Source of the DNA: Pseudobacteriovorax sp.
GTDB lineage: Bacteria > Bdellovibrionota_B > Oligoflexia > Oligoflexales > Oligoflexaceae
Direction: 5' to 3'
NCBI GenBank assembly: GCA_050293845.1
Contig: JBNKNM010000120.1
Location: 1-15,701, forward strand
DNA length: 15,701 bases
Of the stretch, positions 8,227-15,701 are shown piece after piece. A program made the translations under genes and the position numbers. Numbering within the stretch: position 1 is the first letter of the stretch; every line of letters begins with the position of its first letter. Under the pieces are notes generated by a model. That model was not told the DNA's origin. It did not search any database and worked only from the letters and a program-made list of their open reading frames with translations.

Positions 8227-10254
8227 TTGGAGTATCCTTTGAGGGCGAAGTTTAAAATATTCCAATACATATTCTATTTTCTTGTTCTCGTAACATTGAA
8301 CGGAGTGGGACTATCGTCTTCTATTTCTAGGGGCTATGTAGATCTATCAAAGGAGAATATCTTTCAGTCTGAGCCCCGAACATTGAATGGTAAATGGTTA
8401 TACGCCCCCCATACGCACTTTCCAGAACACCTTGAAAATTTCTTAAGTATAAGGAATCAATTTACACAGGAAATTGAAGTACCAGGCAATTGGAAAGGAA
8501 AAAAAGCATCTGAAACCTTTGCTGAAACTTTGCCAAAATTTGGTTTCGGTAGCTATTTATTGAAAGTGAAAGTCAATCCACAGTGGAATCAAATGGAGCA
8601 GACCTTAGGGTTTAGGTCTGGAATGATTCATTCGACTGCAAGAATTCGTGTATGGGATGAGCTGGGAAGATTACTTACAGTTTTAAGGCAGGGTGGAACC
8701 AGTCAAACTGCCGAAGGGCAACGTCCTTCTTCAATAGAGAAAATAATTCCTCTTCCGAAGTTTCAAGGGAACTATATTTATATTCTACTTGAAACAAGCA
8801 ATTTTATATTTAAAACAGGTGGTATAAATTCTCCACCTCAACTCGGTAATTACAACCGAATGATCGAAGAAAAAAATCGTAATTTTGCACTGGGTTCTAT
8901 ACTTGTCGCAACCTGCTTTATTGCAGGTTTTTTCAACCTCATGCATTTCTTTCAAGAGCTTGAAAACAAGACATCTCTAGCATTTGCATTATTTTGTTTT
9001 ACGATTGCAATTAGAGAATGTACAACTCTACGTTTTTTTGAACTCATAGGTTTACCTGAAACACTCTTTGTTTATTCAATGAACATACGATTAACCTATG
9101 CAAGCATGCCTCTAATCGTCATGTGTGCTTGGTTATTTTATGTATCATTTAAAATCAGTACTCAGAGGATGGCAAGGATTACTCAATATTATTGCGCTTA
9201 TGCTGGTTTCGCATTGGTGATATTTATTTTCTTGACCCCACTAGCGACTTTTGGGGAAAAGCTATGGCTCATTCATCTACACCTTGTTGGTTCCTGTTTG
9301 TTAGGGGCTATCGAGCTCATAAAACATGCTTATGCTGGCAACAAAATAGCAATTAAAATTATATCCGCATTTTTTATTTTATTTGTAGGTGTATGCAATG
9401 ACATTCTTTATTACATGCAGATCATCAACACTACATGGTTAAGTCCTTATACCTTTGTAGCTTTTATCTTGACCCAAAGTGCGATTATTTCGGGGATTTC
9501 TGCCCAAGCACAAAGAAAAGCAAAACATAGTTATAAGCAACTTGCTAAAGTGTTCTACCCTCATCAAATTGCTTTGATGGAGGCAGGCAAACAGCTAGAG
9601 GAAAGTATGCCCATCGGTAGCGGAGAAGCCTGTGTAATTTCCTTTGATATCGTTGGTAGTAGCCGACTTCGCGTAGCAGGAACCAGAGAGTTTCTTCGGA
9701 ATGTTTTTGGAGAATGTGGTGAAATCATGATCAAGGATTACTCCAGTTCTCCATTACGGTCTAACGCCTTTCGTGTTAAAGAGATGGGCGATGGCTTTAT
9801 TTGCACCTTAGGATTTCCTCTACCTAGTCCTGAAGAGGATATTTTCAAAGCTTCTATCGATCTATCGTCACAGTTTTTGCAAGCTTTCAAGAATCGCCTC
9901 AGGGAATTCGCCTATCATGAACCAATATATTGCGGCATCGGTATAGGATTCGGAGCAATCGAAGCTTTTTTCCCTGAATCAACTCCAATCGAGTACGATC
10001 TTTATGGTCATGGAATAGTTATGGCAAAACGATATGAACAAATGCGCAAAATTTTGTTTGAAAAATTCCAAATTCAGGGAAACGTTATTATTATACAAGA
10101 ACTAGTTTATGAAAAGCTCTCAGAAGAGATTCAAAACTATTTTGAAGAGTTTGTGTTGGATGAGTTTGATGTAAAAGTTAGAGATGACCCTAGTGCTAAA
10201 AAACTCTTTTACAAATTTGATAAAGCCTTTAGTTCACTAAGAAAATCTAGTTAA
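8227..10254 (+). CDS. 7TM-DISM sensor fused to a class III adenylate/guanylate cyclase domain
   Basis: Extracellular DISM-like module (LNGKW, VPGNW, GFGSYLLKV, SNF...GG), about 7 hydrophobic helices, and a cyclase core (SFDIVGSS, VKEMGDG, GIGIGFG, YDLYG...KRYE). The true start may be TTG 8239, after GGAG. Confidence 0.88.
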   Translation: MEYPLRAKFKIFQYIFYFLVLVTLNGVGLSSSISRGYVDLSKENIFQSEPRTLNGKWLYAPHTHFPEHLENFLSIRNQFTQEIEVPGNWKGKKASETFAETLPKFGFGSYLLKVKVNPQWNQMEQTLGFRSGMIHSTARIRVWDELGRLLTVLRQGGTSQTAEGQRPSSIEKIIPLPKFQGNYIYILLETSNFIFKTGGINSPPQLGNYNRMIEEKNRNFALGSILVATCFIAGFFNLMHFFQELENKTSLAFALFCFTIAIRECTTLRFFELIGLPETLFVYSMNIRLTYASMPLIVMCAWLFYVSFKISTQRMARITQYYCAYAGFALVIFIFLTPLATFGEKLWLIHLHLVGSCLLGAIELIKHAYAGNKIAIKIISAFFILFVGVCNDILYYMQIINTTWLSPYTFVAFILTQSAIISGISAQAQRKAKHSYKQLAKVFYPHQIALMEAGKQLEESMPIGSGEACVISFDIVGSSRLRVAGTREFLRNVFGECGEIMIKDYSSSPLRSNAFRVKEMGDGFICTLGFPLPSPEEDIFKASIDLSSQFLQAFKNRLREFAYHEPIYCGIGIGFGAIEAFFPESTPIEYDLYGHGIVMAKRYEQMRKILFEKFQIQGNVIIIQELVYEKLSEEIQNYFEEFVLDEFDVKVRDDPSAKKLFYKFDKAFSSLRKSS

Positions 10255-10662
10255 GTTCAAGTCAAATTTTTATTGATTAATTTTGCAAGCACAGCGTCCT
10301 TTATTCTGCCGTTCAGTATATACGAATCCGCCGTTGTTACCAAAAAAATTTTGAAGAATAGATTACTTACTCCTTTATATTAGACCTGTTCTAAGAGTCG
10401 TTCTTTGGACCGAATGGAATACGAGGTGCTTATCTTAAGCATTGACGATTTCGACAGAAAACGATCCAAGAAAACTTATTGAGAAAGTTTCGATATTATT
10501 TTGCTAACAAAATTGAAGTGATCTCAATTAGCGATGATAATGCCTATGATACAAAATAGTATCATCGATACAGTTGTCAGCAGCGTCCTCTAAATATTTT
10601 TGCAAGTTTATCTTCCGTTTTGCGTCTTCTTCACCAAATGGCGAAAAATGGAGGATGTCGCT

Positions 10663-11130
10663 ATGTCCAAATGGTTTTTTGTTGTCTGCTCTTTACTACT
10701 TTCCTGTTCTCATCTTGAAGAAAGAGGACACCTGAGATCAATTCTCTCTAAGGGGGTGGAAGAGCTAAAGTACGAATTAATTTCTGAAAACTATACTCGA
10801 GCTTACACATTGGCCATAAAGCTTGCCAAGTTAGGTGACAAAGAAGCGCAATTTTTTCTAGCAAAACTACTTTTGAATGGTCAAGGAGTGCAGCGAGACA
10901 CCCTTGAGGGATTGAGTTGGCTGAACGTGGCCTGCGAATCACGTAGCAAAAAATGCTTGCACTTGCAACAAAAAGTTGCACCTTTGGCTAAGGGCCATCA
11001 GACATCACTGGAGCAACGTACAAAAAAGCTTACTAGTTTATATGGTATGGATGCGCAAAATATTCACTGTCACAGTGATTCTGAGGCAGGCAACTTTCAA
11101 AAAGTTAGACGCTGCCATAAAGTTTTTTAA
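10663..11130 (+). CDS. Sel1-like repeat lipoprotein
   Basis: GGAGGA before ATG 10663. Lipobox LLSC. Sel1 repeat GDKEAQFFLAKLLLNGQGVQRDTLEGLSWLNVA. C-terminal Cys pair. Confidence 0.8.
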   Translation: MSKWFFVVCSLLLSCSHLEERGHLRSILSKGVEELKYELISENYTRAYTLAIKLAKLGDKEAQFFLAKLLLNGQGVQRDTLEGLSWLNVACESRSKKCLHLQQKVAPLAKGHQTSLEQRTKKLTSLYGMDAQNIHCHSDSEAGNFQKVRRCHKVF

Positions 11131-11140
11131 TTCCAAAAGC

Positions 11141-11545
11141 TTATTGGTTATTGAAAAAAAGGACTAACTCAGCTCGTCTTTGATCACTAAGGGTATAGCG
11201 TGCTTGTTCTGGAGGTGGCATGATATTGTTTTCTAATTGGAAAATCATATTTTCCGATGTGAAAATATCGTCCACTGATCCATGGCAATCACCTGCAATA
11301 CATGAAGCTGCCATAATTGATCTGGCTCGTGACTCGGTGATCAATGCTACTTCACCGTCTTGATTGGTATTTTCAGTTTCATCATTAGTATTCGTATTAC
11401 TACTGTCCTGGTTATTTTCATTAGGATCAGAACCTGCTTCTGGATTCTTCTCCTTAGTGCTAGGTACAGTAGTAGCAGTCTTTGATTCACAGGCATCGAC
11501 AAAATAAGCGATACCAAAGAATAAAATGAAGCTAAACCGCTTCAT
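11141..11545 (-). CDS. Putative lipoprotein with a small c-type cytochrome-like domain (CX4CH)
   Basis: RBS GAGGAG. Signal peptide ending VDAC, an Asn/Thr/Glu-rich linker, CIAGDCH, then MPPP and an LSD..R..L..F helix. Confidence 0.7.
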   Translation of the reverse strand: MKRFSFILFFGIAYFVDACESKTATTVPSTKEKNPEAGSDPNENNQDSSNTNTNDETENTNQDGEVALITESRARSIMAASCIAGDCHGSVDDIFTSENMIFQLENNIMPPPEQARYTLSDQRRAELVLFFNNQ

Positions 11546-11577
11546 AGTCTCTCCTCAAAATATTAACTTTCAAAGAA

Positions 11578-11605
11578 CTATCGGATATTCAGAGGTGAAA
11601 TTTTA
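11578..11605 (-). promoter_or_regulatory. Candidate sigma-28 (FliA)-type promoter
   Basis: Minus strand TAAA-N16-TCCGATAG about 32 bp upstream of ATG 11545. Consensus is TAAA-N15/16-GCCGATAA. Confidence 0.4.
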
Positions 11606-12076
11606 GCTCCTATGTACTTTTTTTATCCATAGTATCAAAGGATCTATTTGGGAAAACTCATCACACAGATGGAAAGAAAAGCTTTACAGTGAGCAAATTT
11701 TACTCGAATGTTAAAAATAAATCTTTATCAAACTTGCTTTGATACTGCTCCATTAGCAGGATATCGGTGTCATCAGGATACAACATTAAGAAATTGATAA
11801 GTCAAATCCTGCTGTAAATCAAGATAGATAAAATGTGGAGTTGGAAGTGTAAACCTTAGATGTAGCTAACACAAATTGGCGCTCATATTTTAGATATATT
11901 TGTGTCCAATAGTACCCATAGGGTAAGAGTCTTATATATGACATCCTAACCTCCTATGAAGAAATAGAAATAATTATAAATAGATATAACTTGCCTTTTC
12001 CGAAACTTGGTTTGCATTAGATATTTCGTCGACGCAAATCGACAGATATATCATCAAACAAACTACAGGAAAAAAG

Positions 12077-12700
12077 ATGAAATCAATATTCATAGCTGCT
12101 CTTGCCATTGCGATCCTAAGCTCAAGTTGTGGCAGCACTACAAGCTCAGACAAGCCGAATCCAAATGAACAATTCTATTTACAGAATCAATCCTTTGCAA
12201 AAAGCTATTTTAAGACTTTAACGAATCAAAACGTTGAGGGAATTGATTGGGCTGAGGTTGAAAGTCAGTTGCCAATGGATGGAAATGAAGACCAAATCAG
12301 AGATGCCTTGTTTGAACTGTTTGGTGAACAAGCCTTAAATAAAATCGTAGATGTTGTGTTAGATGAACCCTTCCAGTCTAGGTATCTTGAAGAATTAAAG
12401 GCCAATGGCTTTGCAGCGACAATAACCCGCATTTACATTGATGATAGAGAGGAAATGCTGGAATACAGAATATCCTTGAAAACTGATGCAGTATTTGTAT
12501 TTGCCGAAATGCAGTATATGAGAACTTCTTTCTCATCCAGCCAAAGTTTTCAAAAGTTAGACCGGGTGATAGATATGTTCCTAGGTTTAAGTGATGAAGG
12601 AGATCCTATCGATCCAGAAATTTTGGATCAATGCACCGAAGAATTTGAAGAACCTTTAGATATTATTAAGTGTATTACTGAAGCTATGGATGAAGGGTAA
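12077..12700 (+). CDS. Hypothetical acidic lipoprotein
   Basis: AGGA RBS, MKSIFIAALAIAILSSSC lipobox, 207-aa ORF. Confidence 0.8.
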   Translation: MKSIFIAALAIAILSSSCGSTTSSDKPNPNEQFYLQNQSFAKSYFKTLTNQNVEGIDWAEVESQLPMDGNEDQIRDALFELFGEQALNKIVDVVLDEPFQSRYLEELKANGFAATITRIYIDDREEMLEYRISLKTDAVFVFAEMQYMRTSFSSSQSFQKLDRVIDMFLGLSDEGDPIDPEILDQCTEEFEEPLDIIKCITEAMDEG

Positions 12701-12848
12701 GCGTAAACATAAGGGCACTAATGGGATGAATGTTAGCGAACTTGGGATCGATTTACTAAAGTTTGCACCAGTGCCAGAGTGCAGTCTTTTCTTCGGTGCT
12801 GGATTGACATCAATATGGCCATAGAAGCTTCTATATCTAGACTATAAA

Positions 12849-12962
12849 TCACCGAAGACATCGGAAGACTGGCCGGTAATGTCGACTGAATGGAAAACGG
12901 TTCACATATCACCATTCAACTTTTTTGGCGGCCACAATCCTGCCTTGATCCTGCGAAAATAA
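12849..12962 (+). pseudogene. C-terminal remnant of a copper amine oxidase (TynA-like) gene
   Basis: Manual translation SPKTSEDWPVMSTEWKTVHISPFNFFGGHNPALILRK* matches the conserved CuAO tail (H.PR.EDWPVMP.E...f.l.P.NFF..NPAL). Confidence 0.75.
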
Positions 12963-13156
12963 ACTCCATGCCTCGTAATGCCTCCTAGAATGTCTTTCAT
13001 TCTCGATGAATTTTATAGAATCTGTAGCAGAATTTTAAAACCTTTTGGAAAACTTCTATGAGAGGTGGAAAATGAATAAAGTTATTATGATTACTTCAGA
13101 TCCGTAACGTGCGGCACAATTAAAAGGGAAACGAAAATGTCACACGGAGGACCCCC

Positions 13157-14644
13157 ATGAAGCCCTTTCGATTTTTTACACTGGCTATTATGCCAATTTG
13201 TTACACCATTTTGATTGGCAGCTATGCAAGAGTCTCCGCCTTGGAATCCTCGGTGGTGTTACGAAATAGCCAAGGAATCAATGATAGATATAGCGGGATT
13301 GCGAGAATATCTGCAAGGTCGCAGTGCACTGGGTGGCTTTGGCAACCGACTCAGGCAACAGACAAAGCTTGGGTTGTTACTAGTGGTCATTGTGTTCAGT
13401 TCTATCAAAAGCGAAGTACCTCCTACGACGTGCTTGTGGAACAACCTGCTGGAAACTGGAGCGTGACATTCAAATACTTTGTTGATACTCAAGATGACCA
13501 GGTAACAATACCCATATCCAAAATCGTGTATTCAACCATGAAAGAGGTAGATCTAGCGATCCTTGAAATCGATAGTACCTACGAGGAACTTGAGACCCAA
13601 GGCATTAGTCCGCTGGTGTTGGCCGACAGTCCTCCCGTCGTCGGCGAGGAAGTATCTGTGGTTGGGGTCCCATCTGGTGGAGTGGCGAGTCACGAGGCCT
13701 ATCTTCGCAGAGCTGACTGTCAACAGGAAGGGCGTTTCAACGTCGCTGAATGGCATTGGTTCTGGAGCAACACTCATCGCAATTCTTGTTTGGATATTTC
13801 CAGTGGAAGCAGTGGTTCACCAATGTTCAATGCGGCAGGACAAGTCTTTGCTGTTCTTAACACGACGAGTCACGGAGCTATTAGCCAGAATTGCTATTTA
13901 GGAAACCCATGTGAAGTGAATTCCAACGAGGCAGCCCCGGCGTTCGGTAAGAACTACGGCTCTGAGTTCATTGGAGTCGATGTTTGTTTTGAGAATGGTA
14001 TTGCCTCCTTTTCAGAGACATGCCCTTTGCCAACATTGGATTCCGTATCTTTCACAACAACATTGCGAAATCCTACCCGACCCGCAGATGAAGAGGCAGT
14101 GCCTTTCAAGTGGAACTTCGACTTTATGGAGCAGGATCCCGATGAAATACTATGGCAACAAGGCCGAGGGTCTGAACTAACCTGCAAATCTGTTGAAGGT
14201 TATCATAGCTTCAATCGTGGCGCTTTCCCTATAGAGGGTACTGCCATTCCCAATAAGAATGATTTATATCAGGTTTGCTTTGTTAAGAAAAGTCAATTGC
14301 TGCAAACACCATTGCACCCCACGGTATTCAACCTTTTTGTCGATACTATTCCTCCGCAAACTAGACCACTTGTTGTTTATGTAATATTTGGAAATACTAT
14401 CACTTTTGAGCCCATTTTCGAAGTTCCCGAGCACTCGGATTTTGAAGTGGCATGGGGCCGGCAATCAGAAACTGACTGTGCAACAGCAAAATACGTACCC
14501 TACAGAAGGAACCCTTTTCACGTTTCAGACAGGGAACTTCCGCTAAAGGTATGTGTCAAGTCGATAGATCACGCTGGAAATAGAAGCGAAGTATTTGAGG
14601 AAGTTTACACGGGGATACCAGTGACGAGTCACCTGGGTCACTGA
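13157..14644 (+). CDS. Secreted trypsin-like (S1) serine protease with Cys-rich C-terminal extension
   Basis: GGAGGA RBS, signal peptide, catalytic triad motifs TSGHC, DLAIL and GSSGSP. C-terminal DTIPP...DHAGNRS Ig-like segment. Confidence 0.9.
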   Translation: MKPFRFFTLAIMPICYTILIGSYARVSALESSVVLRNSQGINDRYSGIARISARSQCTGWLWQPTQATDKAWVVTSGHCVQFYQKRSTSYDVLVEQPAGNWSVTFKYFVDTQDDQVTIPISKIVYSTMKEVDLAILEIDSTYEELETQGISPLVLADSPPVVGEEVSVVGVPSGGVASHEAYLRRADCQQEGRFNVAEWHWFWSNTHRNSCLDISSGSSGSPMFNAAGQVFAVLNTTSHGAISQNCYLGNPCEVNSNEAAPAFGKNYGSEFIGVDVCFENGIASFSETCPLPTLDSVSFTTTLRNPTRPADEEAVPFKWNFDFMEQDPDEILWQQGRGSELTCKSVEGYHSFNRGAFPIEGTAIPNKNDLYQVCFVKKSQLLQTPLHPTVFNLFVDTIPPQTRPLVVYVIFGNTITFEPIFEVPEHSDFEVAWGRQSETDCATAKYVPYRRNPFHVSDRELPLKVCVKSIDHAGNRSEVFEEVYTGIPVTSHLGH

Positions 14645-14770
14645 TTGTCGGTGGTAGCAAGCATGCCGTCTCGCACTTTCAACGTGCGTTTGGCAAACGC
14701 CATCGTTTGAGATGATATCCTTAGATCCAAGACCTTTTAGGTAGCTAAGAACGTCCCTCCCACTTTTAGT
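14638..14770 (-). pseudogene. C-terminal remnant of a LolD/MacB-like ABC transporter ATPase
   Basis: Minus strand TKSGRDVLSYLKGLGSKDIISND, then a frameshift at about 14703 to MAFAKRTLKVRDGMLATTDNQ*. This resembles DsksG.eVl.ll.el...iivtHD...a..a.R...lrDG with small deletions. Confidence 0.55.
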
Positions 14771-14784
14771 GATAGTGATTGTCG

Positions 14785-15593
14785 CTGATGTTACTACTAG
14801 TTTCTGCTGCCGATCAATTAGGTTTAAGCGTGCCAGATTTATATGGTGTTGTAATGAAACAGATCGTATTACTACAGCAGAAACCGTCTGAACATCAAAG
14901 TGTGTTCTGCAAGCCTACTATTGGGGCTGGAGGAGCTGGATACTATCTTTTCAAATCCTTGGTAGCAAATACTTCACAAATAGTGATAGCGATTCGAAGA
15001 AACCGGTAACCTTCGCAAGCCTAGGTCAGTGTTTGCCTGTACAAAAATCATATCTTTTAACAGAGTGTATAAAGAATCATCCGGCAATTTCACAGTTAAC
15101 TGGCGGTTGTAGCGCGCTTTCAACCCTCAGGATTGTCACTCTTATGGTCGATAACAAGATATTTACAACATGTGCCTTACTCAGAATTGCCCGGGAGAAG
15201 GGTGCCATTGTTGATAACGTTCATGCAGGTGGTTTGGTCACTACTATAGGTATCGATTCTGGTGAAATCATCAGCGAGGCAGCAGATGAATCAAATGCAA
15301 ATGGGTCGTTCAGCGTGCATCCGGTTTCAAAAAACTAGTTCAAAGGGTTCAAAGTTCCATTCTGGGACCAAATAAAGAACGAAGTCTCAAATGCTCATTT
15401 ATCCTTATGCAAGCTGATTGAACATATAGGTTGGGACATTGCTATTTCTCCAAATGGCCCTATTTTTATCGAATGGAATATAGGGTCTTACTTTTTGGTC
15501 CAAGGATTTCAAGGAAGAAGCTTTTTCGATACACCTGGAGTTTTAGAAGCCATGGAAAAAAACTACCCGAAATCCAATAGCTGGTTGCACTAA
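14785..15593 (+). pseudogene. Disrupted sugar-transfer-associated ATP-grasp protein (ATPgrasp_ST-like)
   Basis: FCKPTIGAGGAG, then a frameshift to YLLTECIKNHP...STLRIVTL...LRIA...VDNVHAGG...HP. In-frame TAG at 15336-15338, then FKVPFWD...IGWDIAISPNGPIFIEWN to TAA 15593. N-terminus absent. Confidence 0.85.
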
Positions 15594-15625
15594 AACCATC
15601 GTTTTATAGTATTTTCGTGCCTGAA

Positions 15626-15701
15626 GCTGGTAGACCGGGTAGGTTTCCCATCCGGCCCCCATTTCCCACCCGGCGTGCCCAATTAAGGCGCCGGGCGGAC
15701 G
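15626..15701 (-). mobile_element. 3' end (domains V and VI) of a group II intron, continuing beyond the window
   Basis: Minus strand DV CCGCCCGGCGCCTTAATTGGGCACGCCGGGTGG (15698-15666) folds with a CGC triad, G-U pair and AC bulge. After a GAAA linker, DVI TGGGGGCCGGATGGGAAACCTACCCGGTCTACCA (15661-15628) has a bulged A at 15631. GC rises abruptly here. Confidence 0.85.

Noticed and set aside
10280..10606. 9-mers TTTTGCAAG and CAGCGTCCT each occurring twice in swapped order
   Set aside because: Short, only two copies, no consistent element structure.
11680..11800. Protein-like minus-strand reading LINFLMLYPDDTDILLMEQYQSKFDKDLF, possibly another gene stub
   Set aside because: Cannot be assigned to a family without a search.
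12020..12052. Hairpin GTCGA-CGCAAA-TCGAC resembling the c-di-GMP-I riboswitch junction
   Set aside because: The P1 GCAAAC/GNRA stem and the P2 receptor are absent.
12733..12915. 60-aa minus-strand ORF
   Set aside because: Antisense to the amine oxidase remnant and has no features of its own.
14642..14784. 9-bp direct repeat TGATTGTCG flanking 125 bp with small hairpins (possible MITE or ncRNA)
   Set aside because: No terminal inverted repeats, and the interval translates as an ABC ATPase tail. The repeat may be chance or junction microhomology.
1..15701. Integron cassette array, CRISPR array, tRNA or rRNA genes
   Set aside because: No repeated attC-like hairpins, regularly spaced repeats or cloverleafs were seen by eye, and gene orientations are mixed.

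Overview
AT-rich bacterial accessory region. The lipoproteins of unknown function and the 7TM-DISM/class III cyclase fusion suggest an Oligoflexia/Bdellovibrionota-like host, but this is inference only. Intact genes: a lipoprotein, ketopantoate reductase (panE), a 2Fe-2S ferredoxin + CYP153 alkane-hydroxylase P450 pair with no reductase or regulator, a 7TM-DISM nucleotide cyclase, a Sel1 lipoprotein, a lipoprotein with a CX4CH cytochrome c-like motif, another lipoprotein and a secreted trypsin-like protease. Many 'intergenic' stretches are gene stubs missed by the ORF track: an internal piece of a MATE transporter, the 3' end of a copper amine oxidase, the 3' end of a LolD/MacB-like ABC ATPase, and a broken sugar-transfer-associated ATP-grasp gene. 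A dead IS1634 fragment plus fdx-CYP153 (about 4005-6387) appears to sit inside a heavily frameshifted LRR/receptor-L-like gene. The window ends in domains V and VI of a group II intron on the minus strand. Overall it looks like a mosaic of about 2-kb DNA pieces joined without visible att sites.
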